The notes: a model not told the origin generated them from the sequence alone. A stretch of 64,000 bases of DNA from an uncultured Collinsella sp. (GCA_958346935.1 CATVTM010000002.1:351-64350), one strand, 5' to 3'. Positions 1 to 10,170 are shown, counted from the stretch's first letter. Numbers and translations are program-made.

Positions 1-70
1 CATCTAACGCTACAATAACTACCACATGGCTGGGTTTGCCAGCCGAATGTACGATGTCGTGGGAGGGGAC

Positions 71-319
71 ATGGTCGAGTTTACAAAGACGATTAAAGAT
101 CCGTTGGGATTGCATGCCCGCCCGGTTGCGCTGCTCTATGACATTATCGCCAAGCATCGTAGTGACGTGTCGGTCAGCATCGGTGACCGCCATACCGACG
201 GTCGCGACGTTATAGGGCTCATGGCACTCTGTGGCGAATGTGGCGAAGACGTCGTGTTCCGCGTTTCGGGCGTGGATGAGGCCTCCTGCGTCACGTCGAT
301 CAGAAACCTCTCGCTCTAA
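71..319 (+). CDS. HPr-family phosphocarrier protein (Asp at position 46)
   Basis: GLHARP motif with His15 when started at ATG 71 after RBS GGAGGGG; 82 aa. Confidence 0.85.
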   Translation: MVEFTKTIKDPLGLHARPVALLYDIIAKHRSDVSVSIGDRHTDGRDVIGLMALCGECGEDVVFRVSGVDEASCVTSIRNLSL

Positions 320-552
320 CCTCAACAATGTGACAAGGGGACAGTCCCCTTGTTGCATAAATTGGTATGACAAGGCACCGCAAAGAGATGGTCTTTGCCG
401 CGCCCTTTTGTTTCGTATAGGAAACTTTTTCGAAATCTGAATGGGGACCCTTTCCAAAAAGTTAACCACGTGTTAGTTTACTAAAGCGAACATAGGCGTG
501 GTTAACTTTTACCGCGTCGATGTTGAGGACGAACTGACGTTAGGAGCCACTC

Positions 553-795
553 ATGTCTTGCGGACCGCAGATGCCGGCAATGCCGCTTTCGATGGTAAAA
601 GCGGGCGAAACCGTGCGCGTGTCTCGTGTAAAGGGCAATGAGGATATGAAGCACCACCTCAAGGACCTCGGCTTTGTCGAGGGCAGCGAAATCCACGTGG
701 TGAGCTCGAGTGGCGCCAATATCATCGTCACTGTGCTCGGCGCACGCTTTGGCATCGATTCCAAGGTTGCCATGCACATCATGACCGTCGGTTAG
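553..795 (+). CDS. feoA: Ferrous iron transport protein A
   Basis: 80 aa; HLKDLGFVEG FeoA-like motif; upstream of a second feoA and feoB; RBS AGGAG. Confidence 0.85.
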   Translation: MSCGPQMPAMPLSMVKAGETVRVSRVKGNEDMKHHLKDLGFVEGSEIHVVSSSGANIIVTVLGARFGIDSKVAMHIMTVG

Positions 796-834
796 TCCAC
801 AGCATTTGATAAAAACCGAAAGGGGGACAAGAGG

Positions 835-1056
835 ATGAAGACGTTGGGTGACGTTAAGGTGGGCGAGAGCTCCACCATCGTCAAGCTTCACGGTGAGGGC
901 GCGCTTCGCCGCCACCTTATGGACCTGGGGCTCATCAAGGGCACTTCGTTCAAGGTCGTAAAGGTAGCACCGCTCGGTGATCCGGTCGAGATCAACGTAC
1001 GCGGCTACGAGCTTTCCATCCGCAAGGAGGAGGCGGCCGTCGTCGAGGTCCAGTAA
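835..1056 (+). CDS. feoA: Ferrous iron transport protein A
   Basis: RRHLMDLGL...APLGDPVEINVRGYELSIRKEEA, typical FeoA. Confidence 0.93.
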   Translation: MKTLGDVKVGESSTIVKLHGEGALRRHLMDLGLIKGTSFKVVKVAPLGDPVEINVRGYELSIRKEEAAVVEVQ

Positions 1057-1084
1057 GGGCTCGCGACGTATATTTCTGCAGATA

Positions 1085-1104
1085 AAGTTAGGTATTTCTA
1101 ACTT
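1085..1104. promoter_or_regulatory. Palindromic candidate metal-repressor (DtxR/MntR-like) box AAGTTAG-N6-CTAACTT
   Basis: Perfect 7-6-7 palindrome upstream of feoB; a degenerate copy lies at 3651-3670. Confidence 0.5.
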
Positions 1105-1179
1105 AATGCAGCATCTTTGAAGCACATTATCCAGCCTGCGCGGAGAAAGCAGCGCGGGCACACAAGGAAGAAGGATTGA

Positions 1180-3507
1180 ATGGCGGATTCTCAGATCCAT
1201 GTCGCGCTGGCGGGTAACCCCAACTGCGGCAAGACCACGCTTTTCAACCTGATCACCGGCGCCAACGGCTACGTTGGCAACTGGCCCGGCGTCACGGTTG
1301 AGAAAAAGGAGGCCAAGCTCCTAAGCGACAAGAACGTTACCATCACGGACCTCCCCGGCATCTACTCGCTTTCCCCCTACAGCCCCGAGGAGCAATGCTC
1401 GCGCGATTACCTCATGAGCGGCGAGCCCGATGTTGTCGTCCAAGTTGTCGATGCCACCAACCTCGAGCGTAACCTGTACCTGGCGCTTCAGGTTATCGAG
1501 ACCGGCCTGCCCGTGGTTGTTGCCCTCAACATGGCCGACTTGGTCGAGAAGAACGGCGACAAGATCGACACGGACAAGCTCTCCAAGAAGCTCGGCTGCC
1601 CGGTCATGATGATCTCCGCTCTTAAGAACAAGGGTATCAAGGAGCTGTTCGAGCAGGTCAAGAAGTCTGCTGCTTCCAAGGGCCAGGTGCCGGAGCACAA
1701 GTTCGATTCCTCCATCGAGGACGTTCTTGACCACATCGAAAACAATCTGCCTGCGAGCGTTCCCGCTAACAAGCGCCGCTATTACGCCGTCAAGCTGTTC
1801 GAGCGTGATGCGGACGCCTGCAAGCTCATCAACCTCACCAAGGAGAAGGCCGCTCGCGTCGAAGAGCTGGTCGCTCAGTGCGAGCAGGACTGCGACGATG
1901 ACGCCGAGTCCATCATCACCGGTGAGCGCTACGGCGTGATCGCACACATCATCGACGAGTGCCTCACCAAGGCCCCGGCCAAGATGAGCACCTCCGAGAA
2001 GATCGACCGTGTGGTTACCAACCGTATCCTGGGCCTGCCGATCTTTGTGGTCATCATGTTCTGCGTGTACTACATCGCCGTTTCCACCTTGGGCGGCACG
2101 GTGACCGACTTTACCAACGACCAGCTCTTCGGCACCGACGGCTGGTATGTGCTCGGCCAGGGTCGCGACGCCTACGACGCAGCTGTCGAGGCCGCGGGTG
2201 ACGACGCCGACTCGGTCGACCCGGCACAGTACGGCCCCTATGTCCCGGGTATCACCACCATGGTGCACGATGCCCTCGTGGCGGGTGGCACCGAGGACGG
2301 TGGCCTGGTCGATTCGCTGGTCTGCGACGGTATCGTTGGCGGCCTGGGCGCCATCTTCGGCTTCGTTCCGCAGATGTTCCTGCTGTTCGTCATGCTGTCC
2401 TTCCTGGAGGACTGCGGCTATATGGCCCGCGTCGCCTTCATCATGGACCGCGTGTTCCGCCGCTTTGGCCTGTCCGGTAAGTCCTTTATCCCCATGCTCG
2501 TGTCCTCGGGCTGCGGCGTCCCCGGCGTCATGGCCACCAAGACCATCGAGAACGAGAAGGACCGCCGCATGACGGTCATGACCACCACGTTCATCCCCTG
2601 TGGTGCCAAGCTGCCGATCATCGCCCTGCTCATGGGCTCCATCATCGGCGATTCTTCCACCACCGCGGCGTGGATCAGCCCGCTCTTCTACTTCCTGGGC
2701 GTCTTTGCCGTCATCGCCTCGGGCCTCATGCTCAAGAAGACCAAGCTCTTCGCCGGTCGCCCGACCCCGTTTGTCATGGAGCTCCCCGCTTACCACTTCC
2801 CGGCGATCCGCTCTTGGGCGCTGCACGTGTGGGAGCGCTGCTGGGCCTTTATCAAGAAGGCCGGCACGGTCATCTTCGCGTCCACTGTCGTGGTTTGGTT
2901 CCTGTCCAACTTTGGTAGCTACAATGGTTCCTTTGGCTTCCTGCCTGCGATGGACGGCATCCCCGAGGAGTTTATGGACTACTCCGTGCTCGCCATGCTG
3001 GGCAACCTGGTCGCTTGGATTTTCGCCCCGCTCGGCTTTAGCACCTGGCAGGCAACCGCACTGACCGTCTCTGGCCTCGTCGCCAAGGAGAACGTTGTCG
3101 CCACCGCCGGCTCGCTGCTGTCCGTCGCCGACGCGGGCGAGACCGACCCGAGCCTGTGGACCGCGTTTGCCGGCATGTTCCCCACCATGGGCGCTTGCGT
3201 TGCCTTCGGCGCCTTCAACCTGCTGTGCGCTCCGTGCTTTGCCGCCATTGGCACCATCCGCAACCAGATGGACTCCGGCAAGTGGACCGCGATTGCCATC
3301 GGCTACGAGTGCGCCTTCGCTTGGGTGATCGGCCTGTTCATCAACCAGTTCTACAACCTGCTTGTTCTGGGTCAGTTTGGCATCTGGACGGTTGTGGCCA
3401 TTGTGCTGCTGGTTGCGATGCTCTTCCAGATCTTCCGTCCCATGCCCAAGCATGCATGGACCGACGAGGACGAGACCAACACTGCTTCCGCCGCAGTTTC
3501 CGCTTAA
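1180..3507 (+). CDS. feoB: Ferrous iron transport protein B
   Basis: G1 GNPNCGKT, NWPGVTVE, DLPG, NMAD GTPase motifs plus multi-TM gate/core region. Confidence 0.97.
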   Translation: MADSQIHVALAGNPNCGKTTLFNLITGANGYVGNWPGVTVEKKEAKLLSDKNVTITDLPGIYSLSPYSPEEQCSRDYLMSGEPDVVVQVVDATNLERNLYLALQVIETGLPVVVALNMADLVEKNGDKIDTDKLSKKLGCPVMMISALKNKGIKELFEQVKKSAASKGQVPEHKFDSSIEDVLDHIENNLPASVPANKRRYYAVKLFERDADACKLINLTKEKAARVEELVAQCEQDCDDDAESIITGERYGVIAHIIDECLTKAPAKMSTSEKIDRVVTNRILGLPIFVVIMFCVYYIAVSTLGGTVTDFTNDQLFGTDGWYVLGQGRDAYDAAVEAAGDDADSVDPAQYGPYVPGITTMVHDALVAGGTEDGGLVDSLVCDGIVGGLGAIFGFVPQMFLLFVMLSFLEDCGYMARVAFIMDRVFRRFGLSGKSFIPMLVSSGCGVPGVMATKTIENEKDRRMTVMTTTFIPCGAKLPIIALLMGSIIGDSSTTAAWISPLFYFLGVFAVIASGLMLKKTKLFAGRPTPFVMELPAYHFPAIRSWALHVWERCWAFIKKAGTVIFASTVVVWFLSNFGSYNGSFGFLPAMDGIPEEFMDYSVLAMLGNLVAWIFAPLGFSTWQATALTVSGLVAKENVVATAGSLLSVADAGETDPSLWTAFAGMFPTMGACVAFGAFNLLCAPCFAAIGTIRNQMDSGKWTAIAIGYECAFAWVIGLFINQFYNLLVLGQFGIWTVVAIVLLVAMLFQIFRPMPKHAWTDEDETNTASAAVSA

Positions 3508-3536
3508 GTCCAAATAAGGATTAACCCCTTTCCACG

Positions 3537-3570
3537 AGCCCGGGTGTCCCAGCGACACTCGGGCTTTTTT
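3537..3570 (+). terminator. Rho-independent terminator after feoB
   Basis: AGCCCGGGTGTC/GACACTCGGGCT stem followed by a T-run. Confidence 0.75.
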
Positions 3571-3683
3571 GGTGGGAGAGATGTGGCGTTTCCGCAGATA
3601 AAACCGAGCAAAATAAACCTGTTCCTTTTTGCTAGGTGGAGAATGAGGTAAAGTAAGTGATGGCTAACTAGAGGAGGCTTACT

Positions 3684-3884
3684 ATGGCACCTATCGATAT
3701 TGTTGTACTGGCTGTTATCGGTATTGCGTTTGTCGCGGTATGCGTGCGCATCTACCGCAAGGGCACCTGTGCCGACTGCGCTCAGGGCGGCGTTTGCACG
3801 GGGCATTGCTCCAACAAAAAGACGTGCGCCGCACTTAAGGGTGTGGACAAAATCGCCGAAGACTTGGGCCGCGGTATCAAATAA
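3684..3884 (+). CDS. FeoB-associated Cys-rich membrane protein
   Basis: One N-terminal TM, then CADC...CTGHC...C; RBS GGAGG; adjacent to feoB. Confidence 0.8.
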   Translation: MAPIDIVVLAVIGIAFVAVCVRIYRKGTCADCAQGGVCTGHCSNKKTCAALKGVDKIAEDLGRGIK

Positions 3885-4028
3885 GGTCCGGACATCCAAG
3901 CGCTCCGCGGGCATCCGTTCGCGGGGCGCTTTGTGCATTTGAGGGAGAGCACGGCGAGTCGAAGAGTATTTTTGGGGTATCGTTAACTCGACTATTAATT
4001 GGCAACTTATCTATAACGGAGTAACCGC

Positions 4029-5108
4029 ATGAGCGCTCGCGTAACCATGAAGGACATAGCCGCCGAGCTTGGCGTTTCCATCAATACCGTGCACAAGGCC
4101 CTGACGGGAAAGGCCGGCGTGAGCGAATCCGTGCGCGCCAAGGTGAACGCTAAGGCCGAGGCCATGGGCTATCACCGCAACACAAGTGCCTCAAGCCTGC
4201 GCCGCAAGGATATCAATCTGGTGTTTTGCCTGCCCCGCGCATCGCGCGAGGGAGCGTACTTTTTCCGTTACCTGTGGGAAGGCTGCAATCGCTTTGAACA
4301 GGAGGTCATCGACCGGGGCATTACGGTTGAGCGCGTTGAATTTGGCGTGGGCGGCTACGCTGATGCACTCGAGCAAATCGACGAGCGTCTGCAGGTGGGC
4401 GAGAAGATTGATGGCTTGCTCGCCTATGCGCCGGGCGACGATCGTGCGACTGAGCTTTTGGGGCAGATCGCCGAGGCGGGCGTGACGATTGAGCTTGTCG
4501 ACGGCGACCGTCCGCATTTGAATCGTTTGGGTGCGAGCTTGGCCGATTATTCGACGGCAGGCAGCCTTATGGCCGAGCAGGCGGCAAACCTGGTCCATGC
4601 TTCTGGGGCCGACGCCCGCGTGCTCCTTTTGACAGGCGACCCATATACCGATTCGCACTATCTAACCGCCCGCGCCTTCCACAATTACCTGCGCGAACGT
4701 GATATTCCATGGCAGGTTGAGGATCTTGCAGGTGCCCATGCGCAAGTCAAACAACTCGAGCATGAGCTCGAAAAGCGCTTGAGTGCGCCGGACGCCCCCG
4801 AACTTATCTGTAGCGTTTTTGCCGTTGGTTCCGAAGTGGTTGCCGACGCGCTCGTCTCGACCGGCAAGGCCGGTCAGGTCATGGTGATCGGCAACGACCT
4901 GTTTCCCGAAAGTGCTCTGGCCTTGCGCCGCGGTATCTTTACCAATATTGTCTATAAGGACCCGACGAGCCTGGCGTATCGCGGCGCTAAGACGCTGGGC
5001 GATTATCTGCTGTGGGGAAGGACCCCGACGGTGCCCGTCCAGAAGGGCGCCGTCGAGATGGTATTTGCCAGCAATGTCGACCGCTACTGCGAACTTGCGG
5101 GTATTTAG
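4029..5108 (+). CDS. LacI-family transcriptional regulator (probable repressor of the galacturonate/pectin genes)
   Basis: TMKDIAAELGVSINTVHKAL HTH plus periplasmic-binding-protein-like C-terminal domain. Confidence 0.9.
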   Translation: MSARVTMKDIAAELGVSINTVHKALTGKAGVSESVRAKVNAKAEAMGYHRNTSASSLRRKDINLVFCLPRASREGAYFFRYLWEGCNRFEQEVIDRGITVERVEFGVGGYADALEQIDERLQVGEKIDGLLAYAPGDDRATELLGQIAEAGVTIELVDGDRPHLNRLGASLADYSTAGSLMAEQAANLVHASGADARVLLLTGDPYTDSHYLTARAFHNYLRERDIPWQVEDLAGAHAQVKQLEHELEKRLSAPDAPELICSVFAVGSEVVADALVSTGKAGQVMVIGNDLFPESALALRRGIFTNIVYKDPTSLAYRGAKTLGDYLLWGRTPTVPVQKGAVEMVFASNVDRYCELAGI

Positions 5109-5133
5109 CCGATTGAGCAGGTACCCCCTCTTG

Positions 5134-5332
5134 CGACGTGCATTTTTGGGAGTATTCAGCATTGGCATGCCCTGAATGAGGTGCAGAACGACTGTTTTAA
5201 GTGCCCCCGATGGCGTAATTTGCCATCGGGGGCACTTTTTATGCCGATCGGGCGCTATCTGCGTTCCAAATAGGACGCTGAGGATGGCGCACGGTGCGCT
5301 CCAATGCTGAATACTCCCAAAAATGTACGTCG
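5134..5332. repeat. Nested inverted-repeat element (32-bp arms around an internal 16-bp hairpin)
   Basis: 5134-5165 and 5301-5332 are reverse complements (31/32); internal stem 5199-5214/5222-5237 followed by T-run. Confidence 0.8.
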
Positions 5333-5462
5333 GGACATGACCCACCTGAGCAAAAGCGCTCAAGTTCGGTGTTCGGGGACGCCAACCAGTCCGCAATACA
5401 TGCAAGTCACATCCCCAGCAACCGTTGAACGGGCAAAATCTACCGTTCACCCCGTGGTGGTT

Positions 5463-5514
5463 AGGTGAACGTTCACCTTTTGAGGTGCAATGGATTAGTA
5501 TAGTGAACGTTCAC
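5463..5514 (+). promoter_or_regulatory. Operator pair GTGAACGTTCAC upstream of uxaC
   Basis: Perfect palindromes at 5465-5476 (extends to AGGTGAACGTTCACCT) and 5503-5514, with TAGTAT between. Confidence 0.8.
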
Positions 5515-5568
5515 CTAAAGGATAACGAGCGCGCCGTGCGCCCGCCTTGCCAGCAAAGGGGCTGTTTG

Positions 5569-6996
5569 ATGAAAAACTTTATGGACGATCAGGATTTCCT
5601 GCTGAGCACCAAGACCGGCGAGGAGCTGTTCCACAACTTTGCCGAGGGCATGCCCATCGTCGACTATCACTGCCACATTTCTCCTAAGGAGATTTGGGAG
5701 GACAAGCGTTTCGAGAACATCACCGAGGTTTGGCTGGGCGGCGACCACTACAAGTGGCGCCTGATGCGTGCCAACGGCGTCGACGAGCGTTTTATCACTG
5801 GCGACGCCCCTGCTCGCGAGAAGTTCCAAAAGTGGGCCGAGACCCTGGGCCGTTGCGTGGGCAACCCCGTTTTTGAGTGGAGCCACCTGGAGCTTAAGCG
5901 TTACTTTGGCTACGAGGGCGTCCTGAACGGCAAAACCGCTCAGGAGGTCTGGGACCTTGCCAACGCCAAGCTCGCTGAGGCCAGCTTTACCTGCCGCAAC
6001 CTGATCAAGCAGTCCAACGTCCGCATGATCTGCACTACCGACGACCCCGCCGACAGCTTTGAGTGGCACAAGAAGATTGCCGCCGACGACAGTTTTGACG
6101 TTCAGGTCGTTCCCGCCATGCGCCCCGATGCCGCCCTGCGCATCGAGCGTGGCCAGGAGTTCGCCGACTACTGCAAGCATCTCTCCGAGGTTGCTGGCGT
6201 TGAGATCAGCGACTTCGAGGGCATGAAGGCTGCCATCTCCAAGCGCTACGACGTTGCCCACGAGCTGGGCTGCCGCGCTTCCGACCACGCGCTCGACTAC
6301 GTTATGTACGTTCCGGCTACCGCCGACGAGATCGAGACTATCTTTGCCAAGGGCCTTGCCGCCGAGCCGCTTGCCGAGGACGAGGTCCTCAAGTACAAGA
6401 CGGCCTTTATGCAGTTCGTCGCCGGCGAGTATGTCCGCCTTGGCTGGGCCATGCAGCTGCACTTTGGCTGCAAGCGTGACAACAACCGCGCTATGTTCGC
6501 CAAGCTCGGTCCCGACACCGGCTACGACTGCATCTCCAACTACACGCCGTCCGACCAGCTGGCCGATTTCCTCAACTCCATCCAGGAGTCCACGGGTCTG
6601 CCCAAGACCATCCTGTACAGCCTGAACCCCATCGACAACACCATGATCGATACCGTGATGGGCTGCTTCCAGGAGGCTCCGACCGCCGGCAAGATCCAGA
6701 ACGGCTCTGCCTGGTGGTTCAACGACAACGAGGTTGGTATGCGCGAGCAGCTCACGGCTCTGGCTAACGAGGGCGTGCTGGGCAACTTTGTGGGCATGCT
6801 TACCGATTCCCGCTCCTTCCTGTCCTACCCGCGTCACGAGTACTTCCGTCGCGTGCTGTGCGGCGTGATCGGCGAGTGGGTCGAGCAGGGCAAGTATCCG
6901 GCCGACATGGAGCTGCTGGGAGCCATCGTGCGCGACATCAGCTACAACAACGCGGTCCGCTACTTTGGCTTTGACCTGGATACCGTCGAGGCCTAA
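5569..6996 (+). CDS. uxaC: Uronate (glucuronate/galacturonate) isomerase
   Basis: DYHCH, GGDHYKWRLMRANG, AWWFND, GMLTDSRSFLSYPRHEYFRR motifs. Confidence 0.96.
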   Translation: MKNFMDDQDFLLSTKTGEELFHNFAEGMPIVDYHCHISPKEIWEDKRFENITEVWLGGDHYKWRLMRANGVDERFITGDAPAREKFQKWAETLGRCVGNPVFEWSHLELKRYFGYEGVLNGKTAQEVWDLANAKLAEASFTCRNLIKQSNVRMICTTDDPADSFEWHKKIAADDSFDVQVVPAMRPDAALRIERGQEFADYCKHLSEVAGVEISDFEGMKAAISKRYDVAHELGCRASDHALDYVMYVPATADEIETIFAKGLAAEPLAEDEVLKYKTAFMQFVAGEYVRLGWAMQLHFGCKRDNNRAMFAKLGPDTGYDCISNYTPSDQLADFLNSIQESTGLPKTILYSLNPIDNTMIDTVMGCFQEAPTAGKIQNGSAWWFNDNEVGMREQLTALANEGVLGNFVGMLTDSRSFLSYPRHEYFRRVLCGVIGEWVEQGKYPADMELLGAIVRDISYNNAVRYFGFDLDTVEA

Positions 6997-7092
6997 ACCC
7001 GCATCGAACCACACCGAACTCGGGAGCGCCGTTGCCACACGCGGCGCCCCCGTTTTGCCTGCACGCTAACAGCAATCTAAGGAGAGACATCG

Positions 7093-8607
7093 ATGGAGAA
7101 CATCAGCTACGAGACGCTCGAGAAGATTGGCTACAAGGGCTACCTGCTGCCCAAGGACGCGCCCGAGAAGGTTCTGCAGTTTGGCGAGGGCAATTTCCTG
7201 CGCGCCTTCGTCGACCGCTTCTTTGACATGGGCAACGAGGCAACCGGCTGGAACGGCAAGGTTGTCATGGTACAGCCCATCAGTGGCGCCTTTGGCTTTG
7301 CCGATGGCATCAATGCCCAGGACGACCTGTACACCGTGCTGGTGCGCGGCAAGGAGAACGGCAACACGGTCGACGAGTCCCGTGTGATCAGCGCCTGCAG
7401 CCGCTGCCTCAATCCGTATCGTGAGGACGACTACCGCGCCATGATGGAGGTCGCCGTCTCCGACGATTTGGAGATTATCGTCTCCAACACCACCGAGGCT
7501 GGCATTGCCTACGATCCGTCCTGCAAGGCCGACGACATGCCGCCCGCGAGCTTCCCCGCTAAGCTTGCCCAGGTGCTCCACACCCGCTGGGCCGCCGGCA
7601 AGCCGGGCGTCATCGTGCTCGCCTGCGAACTCATCGATCACAACGGCGAGGAGCTGCTGCGCATCATGAACCAGTACGTGAGCGACTGGGGCTGGGAGGA
7701 CGAGTTTGCGCAGTGGATGGCCAACGACTGCACCGTCTGCACCACGCTCGTCGACACTATCGTCCCCGGCCGCATCCGCGACCCCAAGGAGGCCGCTGCC
7801 GTGGCCGAGCGCCTGGGCTACGAGGATCCTTTCCTGGCCGTGCGCGAGCCCTTCCAGATGTGGGGCATCCAGGGCGATGAGTCGCTCAAGGAGCGTCTGC
7901 CCTTCGTGAAGGCCGGCCTGCCGGGCGTCTTTGTGACCCCCGATGTCACCCCGTACAAGAAGCGCAAGGTCCGCATCCTCAACGGCGCCCACACTGCCTT
8001 TGTTCCGGGCTCCTGGGTTGCCGGCTTTGACATCGTGCGCGATTGCATGCACGACGAGACCGTCCGTGGCTTCATGAACACCATGCTCTACGACGAGGTC
8101 ATCCCGACGCTTGCCGCCGATCTGGATGTCGAGGACTGCAAGGCCTTTGCCGCCGCCGTCGAGAACCGCTTCGACAACCCGTTTATCGACCACGCGCTGC
8201 TCTCCATTTGCCTCAACTCAACCGCCAAATGGCGTGCTCGCGACCTGCCCACGCTCAAGGACTATGTTGCCGAGACCGGCAACCTGCCCAAGTGCCTGTC
8301 GACGAGCCTCGCTACGCTCATTGCCTTCTATACGCAGGAGCTCGTTGCTCGCGAGGGTGACGGCCTGCACCTGCGCCGCGCCGACGGCACCGAGTACACC
8401 GCTCAGGACGATGCCTTCGTGCTCGATTTCTACGCCGCCCACGCCGGTGCAGACGATGCCGAGCTGGTGCACGACGTGCTCAGCAACGAGCAGATGTGGG
8501 GCGAGGGCCTTACGCAGATCGCCGGCCTTGAGGAGTTTGTCGTCAACGCGCTTGCCGTTGTGCGCGCCGAGGGCGCCAAGCAGGCATTTGCCAACGCCCA
8601 GGCCTAA
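7093..8607 (+). CDS. uxaB: Tagaturonate reductase (altronate oxidoreductase)
   Basis: QFGEGNFLRAF, SNTTEAGI, KVRILNGAHT, RFDNPFIDHAL motifs; lies between uxaC and uxaA. Confidence 0.93.
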   Translation: MENISYETLEKIGYKGYLLPKDAPEKVLQFGEGNFLRAFVDRFFDMGNEATGWNGKVVMVQPISGAFGFADGINAQDDLYTVLVRGKENGNTVDESRVISACSRCLNPYREDDYRAMMEVAVSDDLEIIVSNTTEAGIAYDPSCKADDMPPASFPAKLAQVLHTRWAAGKPGVIVLACELIDHNGEELLRIMNQYVSDWGWEDEFAQWMANDCTVCTTLVDTIVPGRIRDPKEAAAVAERLGYEDPFLAVREPFQMWGIQGDESLKERLPFVKAGLPGVFVTPDVTPYKKRKVRILNGAHTAFVPGSWVAGFDIVRDCMHDETVRGFMNTMLYDEVIPTLAADLDVEDCKAFAAAVENRFDNPFIDHALLSICLNSTAKWRARDLPTLKDYVAETGNLPKCLSTSLATLIAFYTQELVAREGDGLHLRRADGTEYTAQDDAFVLDFYAAHAGADDAELVHDVLSNEQMWGEGLTQIAGLEEFVVNALAVVRAEGAKQAFANAQA

Positions 8608-8685
8608 ATCCTTCTGTGCGCCCGCCGGGCAACTGGCGGGCGCCCGCTGACTTCTGCTCAACCTGTAGGGTTAGGACTCTTTGTA

Positions 8686-10170
8686 ATGAATACTATCCAG
8701 ATCAATCCGGCCGACAACGTGATCGTTGCGCTGTCGCCGCTTGCCAAGGGCACCGCCGTCGCGGTTCCCGGGGTGGGCGAGATCGTGGCCGCGGAGGATA
8801 TTCCGCAGGGCCACAAGATGGCCGTGCGCGCCATTGCGGCGGGGGAGGACGTCGTCAAGTACGGTCTTCCTATCGGCCACGTGACGGGCGACATCCAGCC
8901 CGGTCAGTGGCTTCATACGCATAACGTCAAGACCAACCTTTCGGGCGAGGTCGAGTACGCTTACAACCCGACGCATCCGGTCGTTGAGCCGGTTGAGCCC
9001 GAGACCTTTATGGGTTTCCGCCGCGCTGACGGCCGCGCCGCCACGCGCAACGAGCTGTGGATCATCCCCACGGTCGGCTGCGTCAACGAGGTCGCACGTG
9101 CCATGTGCGAGCAGGCTCAGGATCTGGTCGAGGGCTCGCTGGAGGGCGTTTACTACTTCCCGCATCCCTTTGGCTGCTCGCAGACCGGTGCCGACCATGC
9201 CCAGACGCGCCGTCTGCTGGTGGCGCTCTCGCGTCACGCAAACGCTGCGGGTGTGCTGTTCCTGTCCCTCGGTTGCGAAAACTGCACGCACCAGCAGGTA
9301 CTCGACGAGCTCGGTGACTTCGATCGCGAGCGCGTTCGATTCCTCGCCTGCCAGGATGTAGCCGACGAGCAGGTCGAGGGTCACAAGATCCTGTCCGAGC
9401 TTGCCGACCTGGCCAAGCAGGCCAAGCGTGAGCCCATTCCTGCCTCCGAGCTGGTCATTGGCCTTAAGTGCGGCGGCTCTGACGGTCTTTCGGGCATTAC
9501 CGCCAACCCCACGATCGGTCGCGTGAGCGATATGGTTGTCGCCCGCGGCGGCACGTCGGTGCTCACCGAGGTTCCCGAGATGTTTGGCGCGGAGAGCATT
9601 CTGCTCGATCGCTGTGAGAGCCAGGACGTCTTTAACGCAGCTGCCGACATGCTCAACGGCTTTAAGGGCTACTTTATCAGCCACGGCGAGGTCGTCTATG
9701 AGAACCCGAGCCCCGGCAACAAGGACGGCGGCATTACCACGCTCGAGGACAAGAGCTGCGGCTGCGTGCAAAAGGGCGGATCTGCCCCCATCGTCGACGT
9801 ACTGCCGTATGCCGGTCAGGCTACCAAGCATGGCCTGAACATGCTGTGCGGTCCGGGCAACGACATGGTATCCACCACGGCCCTGACGGCTGCCGGCTGC
9901 CACGTAATCCTGTTCTCGACCGGCCGCGGCACGCCGTTTGGCGCACCGGCGCCTACCCTCAAGGTGTTCACCAACCAGCGTCTGTGCGACCACAAGGCCA
10001 ACTGGATGGACTTTAACGCCGGCGTGGTCGCCACGGGCGAGCGTACACTCGACGAGGCTGCCCACGACCTGTACCAGCTGGTGCTAGAAACGGCGAGCGG
10101 CAAGCTTACGAGTGCCGAGCGTCGCAGCTGCCACGAGATCAGCATTTGGAAGGATGGCGTCTGCCTGTAG
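8686..10170 (+). CDS. uxaA: Altronate dehydratase
   Basis: N-terminal SAF domain (DNVIVAL, GHKMA), GLKCGGSDGLSGITANP, SPGNKDGG, FSTGRGTP. Confidence 0.94.
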   Translation: MNTIQINPADNVIVALSPLAKGTAVAVPGVGEIVAAEDIPQGHKMAVRAIAAGEDVVKYGLPIGHVTGDIQPGQWLHTHNVKTNLSGEVEYAYNPTHPVVEPVEPETFMGFRRADGRAATRNELWIIPTVGCVNEVARAMCEQAQDLVEGSLEGVYYFPHPFGCSQTGADHAQTRRLLVALSRHANAAGVLFLSLGCENCTHQQVLDELGDFDRERVRFLACQDVADEQVEGHKILSELADLAKQAKREPIPASELVIGLKCGGSDGLSGITANPTIGRVSDMVVARGGTSVLTEVPEMFGAESILLDRCESQDVFNAAADMLNGFKGYFISHGEVVYENPSPGNKDGGITTLEDKSCGCVQKGGSAPIVDVLPYAGQATKHGLNMLCGPGNDMVSTTALTAAGCHVILFSTGRGTPFGAPAPTLKVFTNQRLCDHKANWMDFNAGVVATGERTLDEAAHDLYQLVLETASGKLTSAERRSCHEISIWKDGVCL

